DNA from: Deltaproteobacteria bacterium
GTDB taxonomy: Bacteria; Desulfobacterota; Syntrophia; Syntrophales; UBA8958
DNA length: 64,000 nucleotides
Direction: 5' to 3'
Assembly (NCBI GenBank): GCA_026388335.1
Contig: JAPLJZ010000079.1
Coordinates: 2,586 to 66,585 of the forward strand
Positions within the stretch are counted from its first letter, which is position 1. Every line of letters begins with the position of its first letter. Below, piece after piece: positions 1 to 9,793 of this stretch. The notes under the pieces were generated by a model. That model ran no database searches and was not told the DNA's origin. It was given only the letters and a program-made list of their open reading frames with translations. The position numbers and the translations under genes were made by a program.

Positions 1-56
1 TTCTTTTTTACTTCCTGCTGTTTCTTAATTTGTCTAAGCGAAGTCGCTTGATCCAC
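1..56 (-). CDS. flhG: FlhG/MinD-type flagellar number regulator, first 18 codons only (gene runs off the window start)
   Basis: Reverse strand reads AAGAGG-8nt-GTG GAT CAA GCG ACT TCG CTT AGA, giving (M)DQATSLRQIKKQQEVKK. The DQAxxLR N-terminal peptide is typical of FlhG. The gene lies immediately downstream of flhF, as in fla operons. Confidence 0.5.
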   Translation of the reverse strand, partial: MDQATSLRQIKKQQEVKK

Positions 57-70
57 CGGGGTTACCTCTT

Positions 71-1258
71 TTAATGTATTGAATTCTGTACAATTAATTT
101 CGCTAATTTTTCAGGTGTTGCGTTTTCAATATCTTGTGGCACATTCTGCCCAGTGGTTAAATAACCGACCGGTTTACCGGCATGCCGAACAAGGTCGTAA
201 ATGACCCCATAACGGCTGCATTCATCTACTTTGGTTAAAATGAGATTGTTGTATTCAGTCAGGCGATAGTAATTCTCTGTCTCCAGTAAATGATCTCTGG
301 ACATCGAGGGACTCAGCAACAGGTTTATTTCAACTCCAGTATTTTTGGAAAATGTTTCATGAATATTTTTAATGAATTCTGCATCATTTGGCGACCTCCC
401 GGCAGTGTCTACAAGAATGACATCTGCGTCTGACAATGCTTTCAGGCTTTTTTCAAAACCGGTTTTACTGGTTGCCACTTGTAAGGGGACGTCAATAATT
501 TTCGCATACACCTTCAATTGTTCCACTGCCGCAATCCGGAAGGTATCCATGGTAATAAGCCCAACCTTCTTTCTTTTATCGACACAAAAACTTGCCGCCA
601 ACTTTGCCAAGGTTGTCGTTTTCCCAACGCCTGTTGGGCCGATAAATGTCTTTATCCTCCTTGTTTTGGATATTACATCTATTTTTGAGAGAGATGAGGC
701 TATGGTTCTTTCAGCTAATTTAAGGCAAGAAGCATAGTCCTTTTCATTTTCCGGAAGACGACCATTTCTCATTTCATCGATAATGTGACATGTTTTACCT
801 TTAGAAATACCATTAGCCGTCAAAGTCTGGTACATTTTTGCCAAATGCTCGCTTTCTTGCCTGAATCTGGCCAAACCAATTACATCAACAAGTAATTCCA
901 CATTATCTTTCAGACTTTTTATCTCTTCACGAATGTCATTAACCGGTCCCATTTTCTCAAGGATGCGCTGAATCTCGTCATATTTTCGAACGACGTCACC
1001 CTGGGGCAAGCCAAAAGATCCATTTCTTCTTTCCCCATCTTGCTCTTTACACCATGCACGCCCCGGAATTTGATTGTTTAATTCCGTGATATCGATGGCG
1101 GCAATGACCTCAATTTTCTGTGGATTCGAATGCTTGATCGTCTTTGTCGATAAAATAATCGCTTCCGGTCCGAGATCGTTCTTGATTTGCTGCATGGCAT
1201 CCTGAATTTTCGACACTTCGTATCTTTTTATCTGCATCCTATATCTCCACCATTCCAA
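71..1258 (-). CDS. flhF: Flagellar biosynthesis SRP-type GTPase FlhF
   Basis: 395-aa ORF with GTPase motifs GPTGVGKTTT, DTAGR and TKVDE. It follows flhA. Confidence 0.9.
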   Translation of the reverse strand: MEWWRYRMQIKRYEVSKIQDAMQQIKNDLGPEAIILSTKTIKHSNPQKIEVIAAIDITELNNQIPGRAWCKEQDGERRNGSFGLPQGDVVRKYDEIQRILEKMGPVNDIREEIKSLKDNVELLVDVIGLARFRQESEHLAKMYQTLTANGISKGKTCHIIDEMRNGRLPENEKDYASCLKLAERTIASSLSKIDVISKTRRIKTFIGPTGVGKTTTLAKLAASFCVDKRKKVGLITMDTFRIAAVEQLKVYAKIIDVPLQVATSKTGFEKSLKALSDADVILVDTAGRSPNDAEFIKNIHETFSKNTGVEINLLLSPSMSRDHLLETENYYRLTEYNNLILTKVDECSRYGVIYDLVRHAGKPVGYLTTGQNVPQDIENATPEKLAKLIVQNSIH

Positions 1259-3323
1259 AAGATGTGATATTTGCGTCCCTTGTTAATTCGTTATGAGAAA
1301 TGACACATACATGGGGGAAAAACTTTTCTACAATCTTCCTGAAATGCGTTCTGATGTTCGGAGAACAGAGCAGTACCGGTTGGTATCCCTTCGCGGTAAA
1401 GTCTGTCACATAATTCTGGATACTCGTCATAATACGCTTGATTGTATTGGGGTCAGGGGTGATGAAGGATTCATGTTCACCATGCTGAATGGATCGCTGG
1501 ATGAGCTCCTCTATGTCCGGAGAAAGCATAATGACATTGACGTTTCCATTCTGGTCCTGATATTGTTTTGTAATTGCTCTCGAGAGCGACTGCCTGACAT
1601 ATCCCAGCAGTATATCGATATTCTTCGTCATCGGTACATAATCTGACAGGGTCTCGATAATGGTGAGAAGGTCGCGAATTGAGATTCGTTCCCGGAGCAG
1701 CCGTTGCAAAACCTTCTGGAGGATCGCAATGGAAATCACCTTCGGCACGAGATCCTCGACGACCTTGGCATGTGTCTTGGACAAGTTATCGAGCAGGGAT
1801 TGCACTTCCTGCCTGCCGATCAGGTCTTCGACGTTTGTACGAATAATCTCTGTCAGGTGGGTTGTAATTACCGTGGAAGGATCGACCACGACAACCCCCC
1901 TTGCCTGCACCGCATCTTTTTCTTTATCCGGAATCCACACCGCGGGAAGACCAAATGCCGGCTCTTTAGTTTCGATACCTCTAATCTTGTGACCAGGATC
2001 ATCAGGCGTTATTGCCAACTGGTACCCGGGCATCAACTCACCTCTGGCCATTTCAATTCCCTTGATCAAAAAAATGTATTCATTGGGTTTGATTTGAAGA
2101 TTGTCCCGGATATGAATGGACGGAACGACAAATCCAATTTCAAGGGCCAGTTGTTTTCGTAGCGCCTTGATGCGACCAAGCAATTCTCCGCCCTGTGCAG
2201 AATCCACAAGGGGGATCAGGCCATAACCGACCTCAAGACCGAGAGGATCGAGGGGCGTAAGAACATCTATTGCCTCTGTAGCAGGCGCGGCTACCGCCGG
2301 CTGGATCGTCTCCAGTTCATTGGTATCTTCTTGCGGTCTTTGAATAAGTTTATATGCCAAAACGGCAAACATAAAGGCGACAGCTAAAAAGGATACTTTC
2401 GGCATGCCGGGAATGAGGGCGATAACAAAGACAACAAAAGCAGTAAGTGTTATGACTTTAGGGTTATTGAACAACTGACCGGTCAGTTCCTGTCCCAGGT
2501 CCGTGGAAGCAGATGTGCGTGTTACCAGAATTCCGGCTGCCGTCGACACAATCAGGGCAGGAATCTGGGTTACGAGGCCATCGCCTATGGTCAGGAGTGA
2601 ATATACGCGAGCAGCATCAGCAACATTCATATCGTTCTGTAGGACACCGATGATCAAGCCTCCGAGGAGATTGACCACAACGATGATTATTCCGGCGATG
2701 GCATCGCCCCTGACAAACTTGCTCGCCCCATCCATGGCGCCATAGAAATTTGCTTCATCTTCAATTTCTTTGCGCCTTTTCCTGGCTGCCGTATCCGTAA
2801 TCAACCCTGCATTGAGATCGGCGTCGATACTCATCTGCTTTCCCGGCATGGAATCTAATGTAAATCTTGCTGCTACTTCGGCAATTCTGGTCGCGCCTTT
2901 TGTTATAACAATAAAATTGATGAGTACCAGAACTGAAAATACGATAAAACCGATGACATAGTTGCCGCCGACAACAAAAGACCCGAATGCCTTGATTACC
3001 TGACCTGCGGCGTCTGTTCCTTTGTTGCCGTGAAGAAGAATGAGCCGTGTTGAAGCTACGTTCAGAGAAAGGCGCAGCAGGGTAACAATTAACAGGACGG
3101 AGGGGAAAACTGAAAAATCCAAAGGTTTGAGAACATACAGGGACATGAGCAGAATCACGATGCTTATGGCGATGCTTATGGAAAGCAGGATATCCAGGAC
3201 AATGGTGGGCAGCGGAACCATCATGACCGTCAAAATACCTACAACTCCCAGCGCCAGCATGGCGCCGCTGCTTCTTATCAGTTCCGAAAAAAAGTTATTT
3301 CTCAGTGCGTATGATTCAGCCAT
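1239..3323 (-). CDS. flhA: Flagellar type III export gate protein FlhA
   Basis: 694 aa with an N-terminal polytopic TM region and the FHIPEP signature RIAEVAARFTLDSMPGKQMSIDADLNAG, followed by a large cytoplasmic C-domain. Confidence 0.95.
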   Translation of the reverse strand: MAESYALRNNFFSELIRSSGAMLALGVVGILTVMMVPLPTIVLDILLSISIAISIVILLMSLYVLKPLDFSVFPSVLLIVTLLRLSLNVASTRLILLHGNKGTDAAGQVIKAFGSFVVGGNYVIGFIVFSVLVLINFIVITKGATRIAEVAARFTLDSMPGKQMSIDADLNAGLITDTAARKRRKEIEDEANFYGAMDGASKFVRGDAIAGIIIVVVNLLGGLIIGVLQNDMNVADAARVYSLLTIGDGLVTQIPALIVSTAAGILVTRTSASTDLGQELTGQLFNNPKVITLTAFVVFVIALIPGMPKVSFLAVAFMFAVLAYKLIQRPQEDTNELETIQPAVAAPATEAIDVLTPLDPLGLEVGYGLIPLVDSAQGGELLGRIKALRKQLALEIGFVVPSIHIRDNLQIKPNEYIFLIKGIEMARGELMPGYQLAITPDDPGHKIRGIETKEPAFGLPAVWIPDKEKDAVQARGVVVVDPSTVITTHLTEIIRTNVEDLIGRQEVQSLLDNLSKTHAKVVEDLVPKVISIAILQKVLQRLLRERISIRDLLTIIETLSDYVPMTKNIDILLGYVRQSLSRAITKQYQDQNGNVNVIMLSPDIEELIQRSIQHGEHESFITPDPNTIKRIMTSIQNYVTDFTAKGYQPVLLCSPNIRTHFRKIVEKFFPHVCVISHNELTRDANITSFGMVEI

Positions 3324-4399
3324 TGAGTTTCTTCCACCACCGATTTCTTTTTCATTCCATAAACATAAGCAAGGATTTCAGCTACTGCCCGGTAAAGATT
3401 TTCCGGTATCACATCGTCTATATCGACTAACTTATACAATACTTGTGCCACCAATTTGTTTTCAACCACTGGGACGCCATGCGCCCTGGCAACTTCTTTA
3501 ATTTTCTCCGCAATGAACCCCGTTCCTTTCGCCAAAACAACGGGCGCCATCATCTTATCTGAATCATATCGAATGGCTATCGCAATATGGGTCGGATTCG
3601 TAATGACCACATCAGCTTTAGGTACACTCGCCATCATTCTCTTTCTTGCGGCGTCTCTTTGCAGTCGTCTGATGCGTCCCTTGACGATCGGATCTCCTTC
3701 TGATTGCTTGTTTTCTTCTTTCACCTCCTGCTTTGACATTTTGATACTTTTTTCGTGTTCCCACTTTTGGTAGGCGAAATCGAGGACGGCGACAATAATC
3801 AACAATAAACATACATTGGCAATGATAATGTAGGAATTGCGTCCGATAAAAGAAAATATTTGCCAAAGGTCCTGATTCATGAGGGGAACAACTTGATGCA
3901 AGCTCGACTTCACGGAAAGGTAGGCAACCAGGGATACGATCGTTACTTTTAATATATTCTTAATAAATTCAACGATTGATCTTGTCCCTAATAAATTTTT
4001 CAGTCCTTTTAGCGGATCAAGCTTCGAGAGTTTTGGAGCAATGGCTTCCGCTGAAAAGATGAATCCCGTCTGGAGTATATTCGAAAATAATGAGGCAATG
4101 ACAACCGTCAGCATCAGTGGATAGAGGATATAAAAGAATTGCAGCGTCAATTCTGCACAGAGCGCCGTTATCTCATTCGGAGAAAAGCTCATTGAAGACG
4201 CCCGGTGAAGATTTTTTGACAGCATCGTCATAATCTTCTTCAGCATGTCAGAAGCGTTGAAATAAAAGTAGATGATAGCTGCGCCCAGGATGGCAACGGA
4301 GGATAGATCCCTGCTTTTTGCAACCTGCCCCTTATCTTTAGATTCAGATCGTCTCTTCGGGGTTGCTTCTTCAGTACGTTCCTGATTTTCTTCCGCCAT
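3302..4399 (-). CDS. flhB: Flagellar export switch protein FlhB
   Basis: 365 aa with 4 TM segments and the NPTH autocleavage site (VVITNPTHIAIAIRYD). Position is between fliR and flhA. Confidence 0.95.
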   Translation of the reverse strand: MAEENQERTEEATPKRRSESKDKGQVAKSRDLSSVAILGAAIIYFYFNASDMLKKIMTMLSKNLHRASSMSFSPNEITALCAELTLQFFYILYPLMLTVVIASLFSNILQTGFIFSAEAIAPKLSKLDPLKGLKNLLGTRSIVEFIKNILKVTIVSLVAYLSVKSSLHQVVPLMNQDLWQIFSFIGRNSYIIIANVCLLLIIVAVLDFAYQKWEHEKSIKMSKQEVKEENKQSEGDPIVKGRIRRLQRDAARKRMMASVPKADVVITNPTHIAIAIRYDSDKMMAPVVLAKGTGFIAEKIKEVARAHGVPVVENKLVAQVLYKLVDIDDVIPENLYRAVAEILAYVYGMKKKSVVEETQWLNHTH

Positions 4400-4436
4400 G
4401 ACAGATAATCCCGGTCTTGTTCAGTGAAGAGATATT

Positions 4437-5216
4437 TTACATCAAGAGCATCAGTTGTCGAATATCCGCCGGCAGTTGGTGAAAAACTGTGCCTAACCAG
4501 TTGACGAAAAGAGGGATAGAAAGACCGAGAAAGAAAAAGCCCACCGCAATCTGCAGGGGGAAACCGACAATGAAGACGTTAATCTGGGGAACTGTTCTGG
4601 CAATAACGCCCAGACCGACATTGACAAAAATCATCACGGCCATAATCGGAGCGCTGATTTTTACGGCGATGACAAATACTTCTCTTGTATAATTAAAAAG
4701 CATCTCCATAAGAGAGCCGGAAAATGTGAAGCCAAGGGGTGGAATGCTTCTATAGCTCTCAACGATGGCGTTTAAAAAGATATGATGACCATCCACAAAC
4801 AAGAAAACCATCATCGCTATTAGATACTGAAATTCTGACAATGCAGATATTTGTATATTAGAAAGCGGGTCAAGAACACTCGCCATGGAAAAACCCATTT
4901 GAAAACCAATCAATTCTCCGGCTGACTGGACGCCGGCAAAGATGCACCTCGCTGCAAAACCGATAATGATTCCTATTAAGACTTCCCCCGTCATGCCAAT
5001 GATCATTGAGATAAAATTTGTAGAAAAGGGAGGCAAAGCTTCCGTTTTCAAGAACGGATAGATAATTACTGCCAAGATGAGACCCAAGCCGGCCTTGACC
5101 CTGGCGGGAACAGTACGGTCGCCAAACACGGGAATCATGACAATCAAAGCAGTTATGCGAAGAAATACAAGCGAAAATGAACTAATTTGCTGGAAATTGA
5201 GAACGGGAAACTGCAA
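4437..5216 (-). CDS. fliR: Flagellar export gate protein FliR
   Basis: 259-aa polytopic membrane protein, sited between fliQ and flhB. Confidence 0.9.
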   Translation of the reverse strand: MQFPVLNFQQISSFSLVFLRITALIVMIPVFGDRTVPARVKAGLGLILAVIIYPFLKTEALPPFSTNFISMIIGMTGEVLIGIIIGFAARCIFAGVQSAGELIGFQMGFSMASVLDPLSNIQISALSEFQYLIAMMVFLFVDGHHIFLNAIVESYRSIPPLGFTFSGSLMEMLFNYTREVFVIAVKISAPIMAVMIFVNVGLGVIARTVPQINVFIVGFPLQIAVGFFFLGLSIPLFVNWLGTVFHQLPADIRQLMLLM

Positions 5217-5235
5217 GATTCATTGCTCCTTATAA

Positions 5236-5505
5236 TTACCTTACATAATTGGGGATGTTATTAAATATGTTGATCGTGAAGCTCATCAACACATTCATCA
5301 TCCATGGAAGGGCGGCCACCAGGGCAATTAAACAGGCCACAATTTTCGGGACAAAGACCAGGGTAATTTCCTGCACCTGGGTAACAGCCTGGATAAGGCT
5401 TACAAAAACACCTACCGCCAGGCCAACGATCAAGACAGGTGCCGATATCAACAGCGTAATTCTAATGGTCTCCGCCATGACACCCGTAACAAAATCTATA
5501 GTCAT
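5236..5505 (-). CDS. fliQ: Flagellar export gate protein FliQ
   Basis: The track ORF is 109 aa. The internal ATG at 5505 (MTIDFVTGVM...) has a GGAGG RBS 4 nt upstream and gives the canonical 89 aa with two TM helices. Confidence 0.9.
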   Translation of the reverse strand: MTIDFVTGVMAETIRITLLISAPVLIVGLAVGVFVSLIQAVTQVQEITLVFVPKIVACLIALVAALPWMMNVLMSFTINIFNNIPNYVR

Positions 5506-5522
5506 ATAACCTCCTCTCACAC

Positions 5523-6311
5523 CTAATGAAAACTCTGCACCAGGGAACCGACAATGAGATGCCAACCATCAACCATGACGAACAAAAGAATCTTAAAGGG
5601 TAAACTCATCATAACTGGGGGAAGCATCATCATCCCCATCGACAAGAGCACGCTGGAAACCACCATATCAATAATGAAAAACGGCAAGAAGACCATAAAC
5701 CCGATTTGAAAGGCCGTTTTTAGTTCGCTGATTACGAAAGCCGGAATCAACGTAGTTAGGGAAACGTCTTCAGGCTTGGCAGGTCTTTTTTCTTTGGCTA
5801 TCTTCACAAAAAGGGCGAGATCTTTTTCTCGCGTCTGTTTCATCATAAAGCTTTTTATCGGCACGGACGCCCTTTCCAAGGCCTCGTCACCGGATATTTG
5901 TTCCTCATAATAAGGTTTTAAGGCTTGCTGATTCACTTGTTGCCAGACCGGCGCCATGATAAAAAAAGTGAGAAACATGGCCAAACCAATAATAATCTGG
6001 TTGGGAGGCACTTGCTGCGTACCAAGGGCGTGTCTCAACAACGACAGGACCACGACGATACGTGTAAAAGAGGTAAGCATTAAAAATATGGCAGGAGCGA
6101 GGGAGAGAACGGTGAGAATAAAAACCAGTTGGATAACCGTTGCTGCCTTTGCGGGTTGGTCAACCGATCCACCAATATTCAGGCTCACATTAGGTATGGG
6201 CAGCGGTTCCGCAGGACTCGCCGTTCCCGCCAGCACAAAGAAAGAAAGGGCGACTAAGAGTGAAAGTATAAGATATTCTCTGATTGAGACTTTTGACATC
6301 ATCTGCCCCAT
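5523..6311 (-). CDS. fliP: Flagellar export gate protein FliP
   Basis: 262 aa with a signal/TM N-terminus and a conserved FliP core (FTRIVVVLSLLRHALGTQQVPPNQ...). Overlaps fliO. Confidence 0.95.
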   Translation of the reverse strand: MGQMMSKVSIREYLILSLLVALSFFVLAGTASPAEPLPIPNVSLNIGGSVDQPAKAATVIQLVFILTVLSLAPAIFLMLTSFTRIVVVLSLLRHALGTQQVPPNQIIIGLAMFLTFFIMAPVWQQVNQQALKPYYEEQISGDEALERASVPIKSFMMKQTREKDLALFVKIAKEKRPAKPEDVSLTTLIPAFVISELKTAFQIGFMVFLPFFIIDMVVSSVLLSMGMMMLPPVMMSLPFKILLFVMVDGWHLIVGSLVQSFH

Positions 6312-6697
6312 CTGTTTCTCACTTTTTCAACCCAGTTTTTAACGCGCAGGGGATATTCCTGCATGGCCTGTGCAGAAGGCATTCCCAAGGATTGTGACTT
6401 TTGGAGATTATACATTCTCTCGATAAGTACGGGGTCGTTGATCTGAGTCAGCAAAGTCATCTGACCACTGGATACGCCGACGACAAGCATCTGACCGAGT
6501 ACTTCGATCATCATGATACTGTGCTTGGGACCCAGATAGCGAGTCATGAGAATATTGATCGCGTTGCCGTTATCTATCCCTGCAGGGGTGTGGCTAATGA
6601 TTCTCTTCAATAGATATGCAGATGCGATCATCAGACCGAGAACAACCGCCAAGGCAAATAACATCTTTACGAAGGATACAATCAGTGAATACTCCAA
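6299..6697 (-). CDS. fliO: Flagellar export protein FliO/FliZ
   Basis: 132 aa with a single N-terminal TM segment. Position between fliN and fliP is the main evidence. Confidence 0.7.
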   Translation of the reverse strand: MEYSLIVSFVKMLFALAVVLGLMIASAYLLKRIISHTPAGIDNGNAINILMTRYLGPKHSIMMIEVLGQMLVVGVSSGQMTLLTQINDPVLIERMYNLQKSQSLGMPSAQAMQEYPLRVKNWVEKVRNRWGR

Positions 6698-6706
6698 ATC
6701 ATCACC

Positions 6707-7171
6707 TCACTTCAATTTATTGACCCGTTCCGTCGGAGAAACAATATCCGTCAGGCGTACCCCGAATTTATCATTGACGACGACAACTTCCCCCCTGGCG
6801 ATGAGACGGTTATTTACATATACATCCATTGGTTCCCCTGCCAGTTTTGAGAGTTCGACTACAGATCCCTGCCCGAGCTGAAGAAGCTCGTTGATGAGCA
6901 TACGGCATCTGCCCAATTCGACATTCAAGGTCAGAGGGATATCCAGGATAAATTCAAGATCGAGGTTGCCCTTTGGCGTCTCGACTTTTCTAACTTCCTG
7001 AAAATTGACATTGGAAACCTCGGTTTTCTTTGTAGAAGCTCCCCGTGTCTGTTCCAATTCCTCCTGAACATCGTCCCAGGATAAATCATCATCACTTTTT
7101 GTTTTTTCGCTTTCCGGTTCGACACTGGTGTCGATATCCTTCAAAAGGGCGTCAATTTCATTCTGCTCCAT
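6707..7171 (-). CDS. fliN: Flagellar motor switch protein FliN, with an N-terminal EIDALL peptide
   Basis: C-terminal SpoA/FliN domain (VELGRCRMLINELLQLGQGSVVELSKLAGEPMDVYVNNRLIARGEVVVVNDKFGVRLTDIV). The N-terminus reads MEQNEIDALL. Confidence 0.9.
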   Translation of the reverse strand: MEQNEIDALLKDIDTSVEPESEKTKSDDDLSWDDVQEELEQTRGASTKKTEVSNVNFQEVRKVETPKGNLDLEFILDIPLTLNVELGRCRMLINELLQLGQGSVVELSKLAGEPMDVYVNNRLIARGEVVVVNDKFGVRLTDIVSPTERVNKLK

Positions 7172-7174
7172 ATG

Positions 7175-8164
7175 TCAGTCCTCTTTTCCTGAAAATATCT
7201 CCGATATTTGAACCGCCTGATTTCCCCGGTAAATGGCCGGTCGTCCCGCAAATTTCTTTATTCCTTCCACCATAATAGATAGTTCCGAAGCAACCGAGTC
7301 ATCCAATTGAATGACATCCCCTCGTTGCAAATGTACCACGTCTCGGGAGCTGATCTGAGTAGTCCCAAGTTCAACAATGATTTCTACATTGGATCGAAGA
7401 ATATTTTTCTTGAACCTTTCCACGAGGGATTGGTCCGCTTCCATTTGCTCACTCTGGAAACCTGCCTGCAGTTTGTCCTTGATGGGCTCCAGAGCGGCAT
7501 AAGGCAGACAAAGCGTCATCATGCCGGTCGAAGATTCGACTTCAATCTCGAAGTTGATGACAATGACAACATCCGTAGGTGAGGCGATGTATACGAACTG
7601 CGGGTTCATTTCTGACCGTTGATAGGTCATCTTAACTTCTATTAAGGATTTCCATGCCTTTTCCATATCTGCCAGGGCATTAATAACCACTCTTCGAATA
7701 ACATTACTCTCAATCGCCGTAAATTCTCTTCCCTCAACCTTGAAGGTATCTTTTCCCGTTCCGCCAAAGAGGATATCAACGAGCATAAAGATAATTTTTG
7801 CTTCAAACACAATCAATCCACTCCCTCTCAACGGATCAAGGCGAAACAGATGCAGACTGGTTGGTACGGGCAGTGTCTTCAGGAATTCACCAAATTTGAT
7901 CATATCCACTGAAATCGCGCTGACGCTTGTCACCTTGCGGAGCAGTGAAGACAATGTCGTCCTGAACATGCGGGAAAATTTTTCGTTCGTCATATCGAGG
8001 GTCGGCATCCGTCCCCGAATGATCCTGTCCTGGCTGGTCAGATCATAGGGCATAATATCCGCTGGATCGCGAATATCCTCCGCCTCCAACTCCGTTTCGA
8101 TTTCTCCGCCCGATATCCCCCTCAGGAGGGCGTCAACTTCTTCTTGCGATAGTATGCGAGTCAT
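7175..8164 (-). CDS. fliM: Flagellar motor switch protein FliM
   Basis: 329 aa with the N-terminal CheY-P binding peptide LSQEEVDALL, a FliM middle domain and a C-terminal SpoA-like domain. Confidence 0.95.
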   Translation of the reverse strand: MTRILSQEEVDALLRGISGGEIETELEAEDIRDPADIMPYDLTSQDRIIRGRMPTLDMTNEKFSRMFRTTLSSLLRKVTSVSAISVDMIKFGEFLKTLPVPTSLHLFRLDPLRGSGLIVFEAKIIFMLVDILFGGTGKDTFKVEGREFTAIESNVIRRVVINALADMEKAWKSLIEVKMTYQRSEMNPQFVYIASPTDVVIVINFEIEVESSTGMMTLCLPYAALEPIKDKLQAGFQSEQMEADQSLVERFKKNILRSNVEIIVELGTTQISSRDVVHLQRGDVIQLDDSVASELSIMVEGIKKFAGRPAIYRGNQAVQISEIFSGKED

Positions 8165-8193
8165 GCCTTGGTCCTATATATATTTCTTGACGC

Positions 8194-8697
8194 TCACTGG
8201 ACAACAAACTCGGTAAAATATACTTTTGATATTTTTGCCGTCGAGACAATACTGTTGAGCCGCATCAGGATTTCCTCTCGCAATCGCTGCTTGCCGCCGA
8301 CGTCCATCAGTTCCTTATAGGTTTTGGCTGACAGGAGGTCGAGGATGTTATCCCTCATTCTTGGCTTCAACATATCCAGCTCTTTAACGCCCAGCGGATC
8401 GCTAATCTCCAATTGCATGATCAGCTTTAAGTACCTCTCTCCTTGATTGTCCTGGAGATTGATAATGAAGGGCTCCATCGGATAGACAGTGCCAATGACC
8501 GGTTGACTTTGAGCAACTGTTTTCTTCGCTGGGGTCTTCATGAAGAAATAATAACCAGCTCCGGCACCGCCAATAACTAATACGAGAACTACTGAAATGA
8601 TGAGGATCCATTTCAGCAGGGGGGCCTTTTTATTTTCCTGTGGCTGTGGATCAAGCTGTCCCGCATCGTCGAGCTCATCTTTTTTTTCTTTTGCCAC
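8194..8697 (-). CDS. fliL: Flagellar basal body-associated protein FliL
   Basis: 167 aa with a single TM segment and a FliL-like C-domain (FIINLQD...RYLKLIMQLE). GTG start with an AAGGAGG RBS. Confidence 0.85.
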   Translation of the reverse strand: MAKEKKDELDDAGQLDPQPQENKKAPLLKWILIISVVLVLVIGGAGAGYYFFMKTPAKKTVAQSQPVIGTVYPMEPFIINLQDNQGERYLKLIMQLEISDPLGVKELDMLKPRMRDNILDLLSAKTYKELMDVGGKQRLREEILMRLNSIVSTAKISKVYFTEFVVQ

Positions 8698-8813
8698 CTT
8701 TTCATTCCTCCTTTATCTTATGACCTGAATATAATTTTAATTCTGTGCTTCTGCACGTCTTTCAAGGCCCCGTATCCCATTGCTGATGATCGTTGGGGTT
8801 GCATGCATATCTC

Positions 8814-9587
8814 TCAGACATTTGCAAAAAGCGACCTCCTCTGCCTGGGCGCCGCATAAGAATGAAGCTTTTGTTCAACCATGCGGGGATTATCTCCCCC
8901 TTGGATAGAAAGTACGCCCCTGATGATGAGTTGCTTGACCAATAATTCCTCTGCGCCCTTCGTTTTCAGCTTTCCGGCGATGGGATGAAATATTAGCTTA
9001 GAGAGGATAACGCCATAAAAGATCGTAATAAGTGCGATCGCCATGGAGGGGCCAATTGTGCGGGGTTCACTCATCTTCATCAACATTTGAACAAGCCCGA
9101 TCAGTGTCCCCAACATGCCCATGACCGGTGCAAAGTTCCCCATACTGGTAAAAATGTCTGCCCCCAGCCGATAACGTTCAGCAATAAAGCTCAACTCCGT
9201 CTCCAGAATATTCGACATATCTTCAGGCTCGATACCGTCAACAATCATGTTGACGGCCTTGACGAAAAAAGGGTCTCTGATCTGTTTTGTCATATCCTGC
9301 AGGGCAAGGAGACCTTCTCTCCTCGCCATTTTTGACATGCCGACCATGATCTTGATCATTTCATCGACCTTGAATTCCTTTCTGAAAAAAGCATTTTTTG
9401 CGACCTTGATGACACCGAGCATGTCGCTGAGACGATAATTGATCAATATCGCCCCTGTTGTTCCCCCGAGAACGATCATAAGCGACGGTCCATCTATGAA
9501 CCATGCCAGACCTCCTCCCCCCGAGATCATGGCCAGGATGACCAGACTGAACGCGCCGATGATGCCGATGATCGTTGCTATATCCAA
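8814..9587 (-). CDS. motA: MotA/PomA-family stator proton-channel subunit, with no adjacent motB
   Basis: 257 aa with a MotA/TolQ/ExbB-type 4-TM layout (MDIATIIGIIGAF... ; GMLGTLIGLVQML). TTG start. Only 116 nt separate it from fliL. Confidence 0.85.
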   Translation of the reverse strand: MDIATIIGIIGAFSLVILAMISGGGGLAWFIDGPSLMIVLGGTTGAILINYRLSDMLGVIKVAKNAFFRKEFKVDEMIKIMVGMSKMARREGLLALQDMTKQIRDPFFVKAVNMIVDGIEPEDMSNILETELSFIAERYRLGADIFTSMGNFAPVMGMLGTLIGLVQMLMKMSEPRTIGPSMAIALITIFYGVILSKLIFHPIAGKLKTKGAEELLVKQLIIRGVLSIQGGDNPRMVEQKLHSYAAPRQRRSLFANV

Positions 9588-9638
9588 AATTGATACACCA
9601 TGCCTGGAATATCCTTCCTTTCTTCTGCTTAATCCTTC

Positions 9639-9654
9639 AGCAATTTACGTACCA
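9639..9654 (-). promoter_or_regulatory. Sigma-54 (-24/-12) promoter for the motA-like/fliL... operon
   Basis: Reverse strand reads TGGTACGTAAATTGCT, with GG and GC at the consensus positions of TGGCAC-N5-TTGCW. It lies 52 nt upstream of the motA-like start. Confidence 0.7.
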
Positions 9655-9793
9655 AATCAAACGATATTGACAACCACGTGATTACATATAAGAATAATCT
9701 CGAGAAAGGCCGTAGGGATCAGGGAAATGGTCTGAAAGTTATCGTCATTTTATTGACGACATGATGAAAGCCAAGAGTTATACAGGGAAAACA

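Noticed and set aside
8814-9587. Possibility that the orphan motA is a pseudogene
   Set aside because: The ORF is full length (257 aa) with all four TM segments and a conserved C-terminal region intact. It also has its own sigma-54 promoter.
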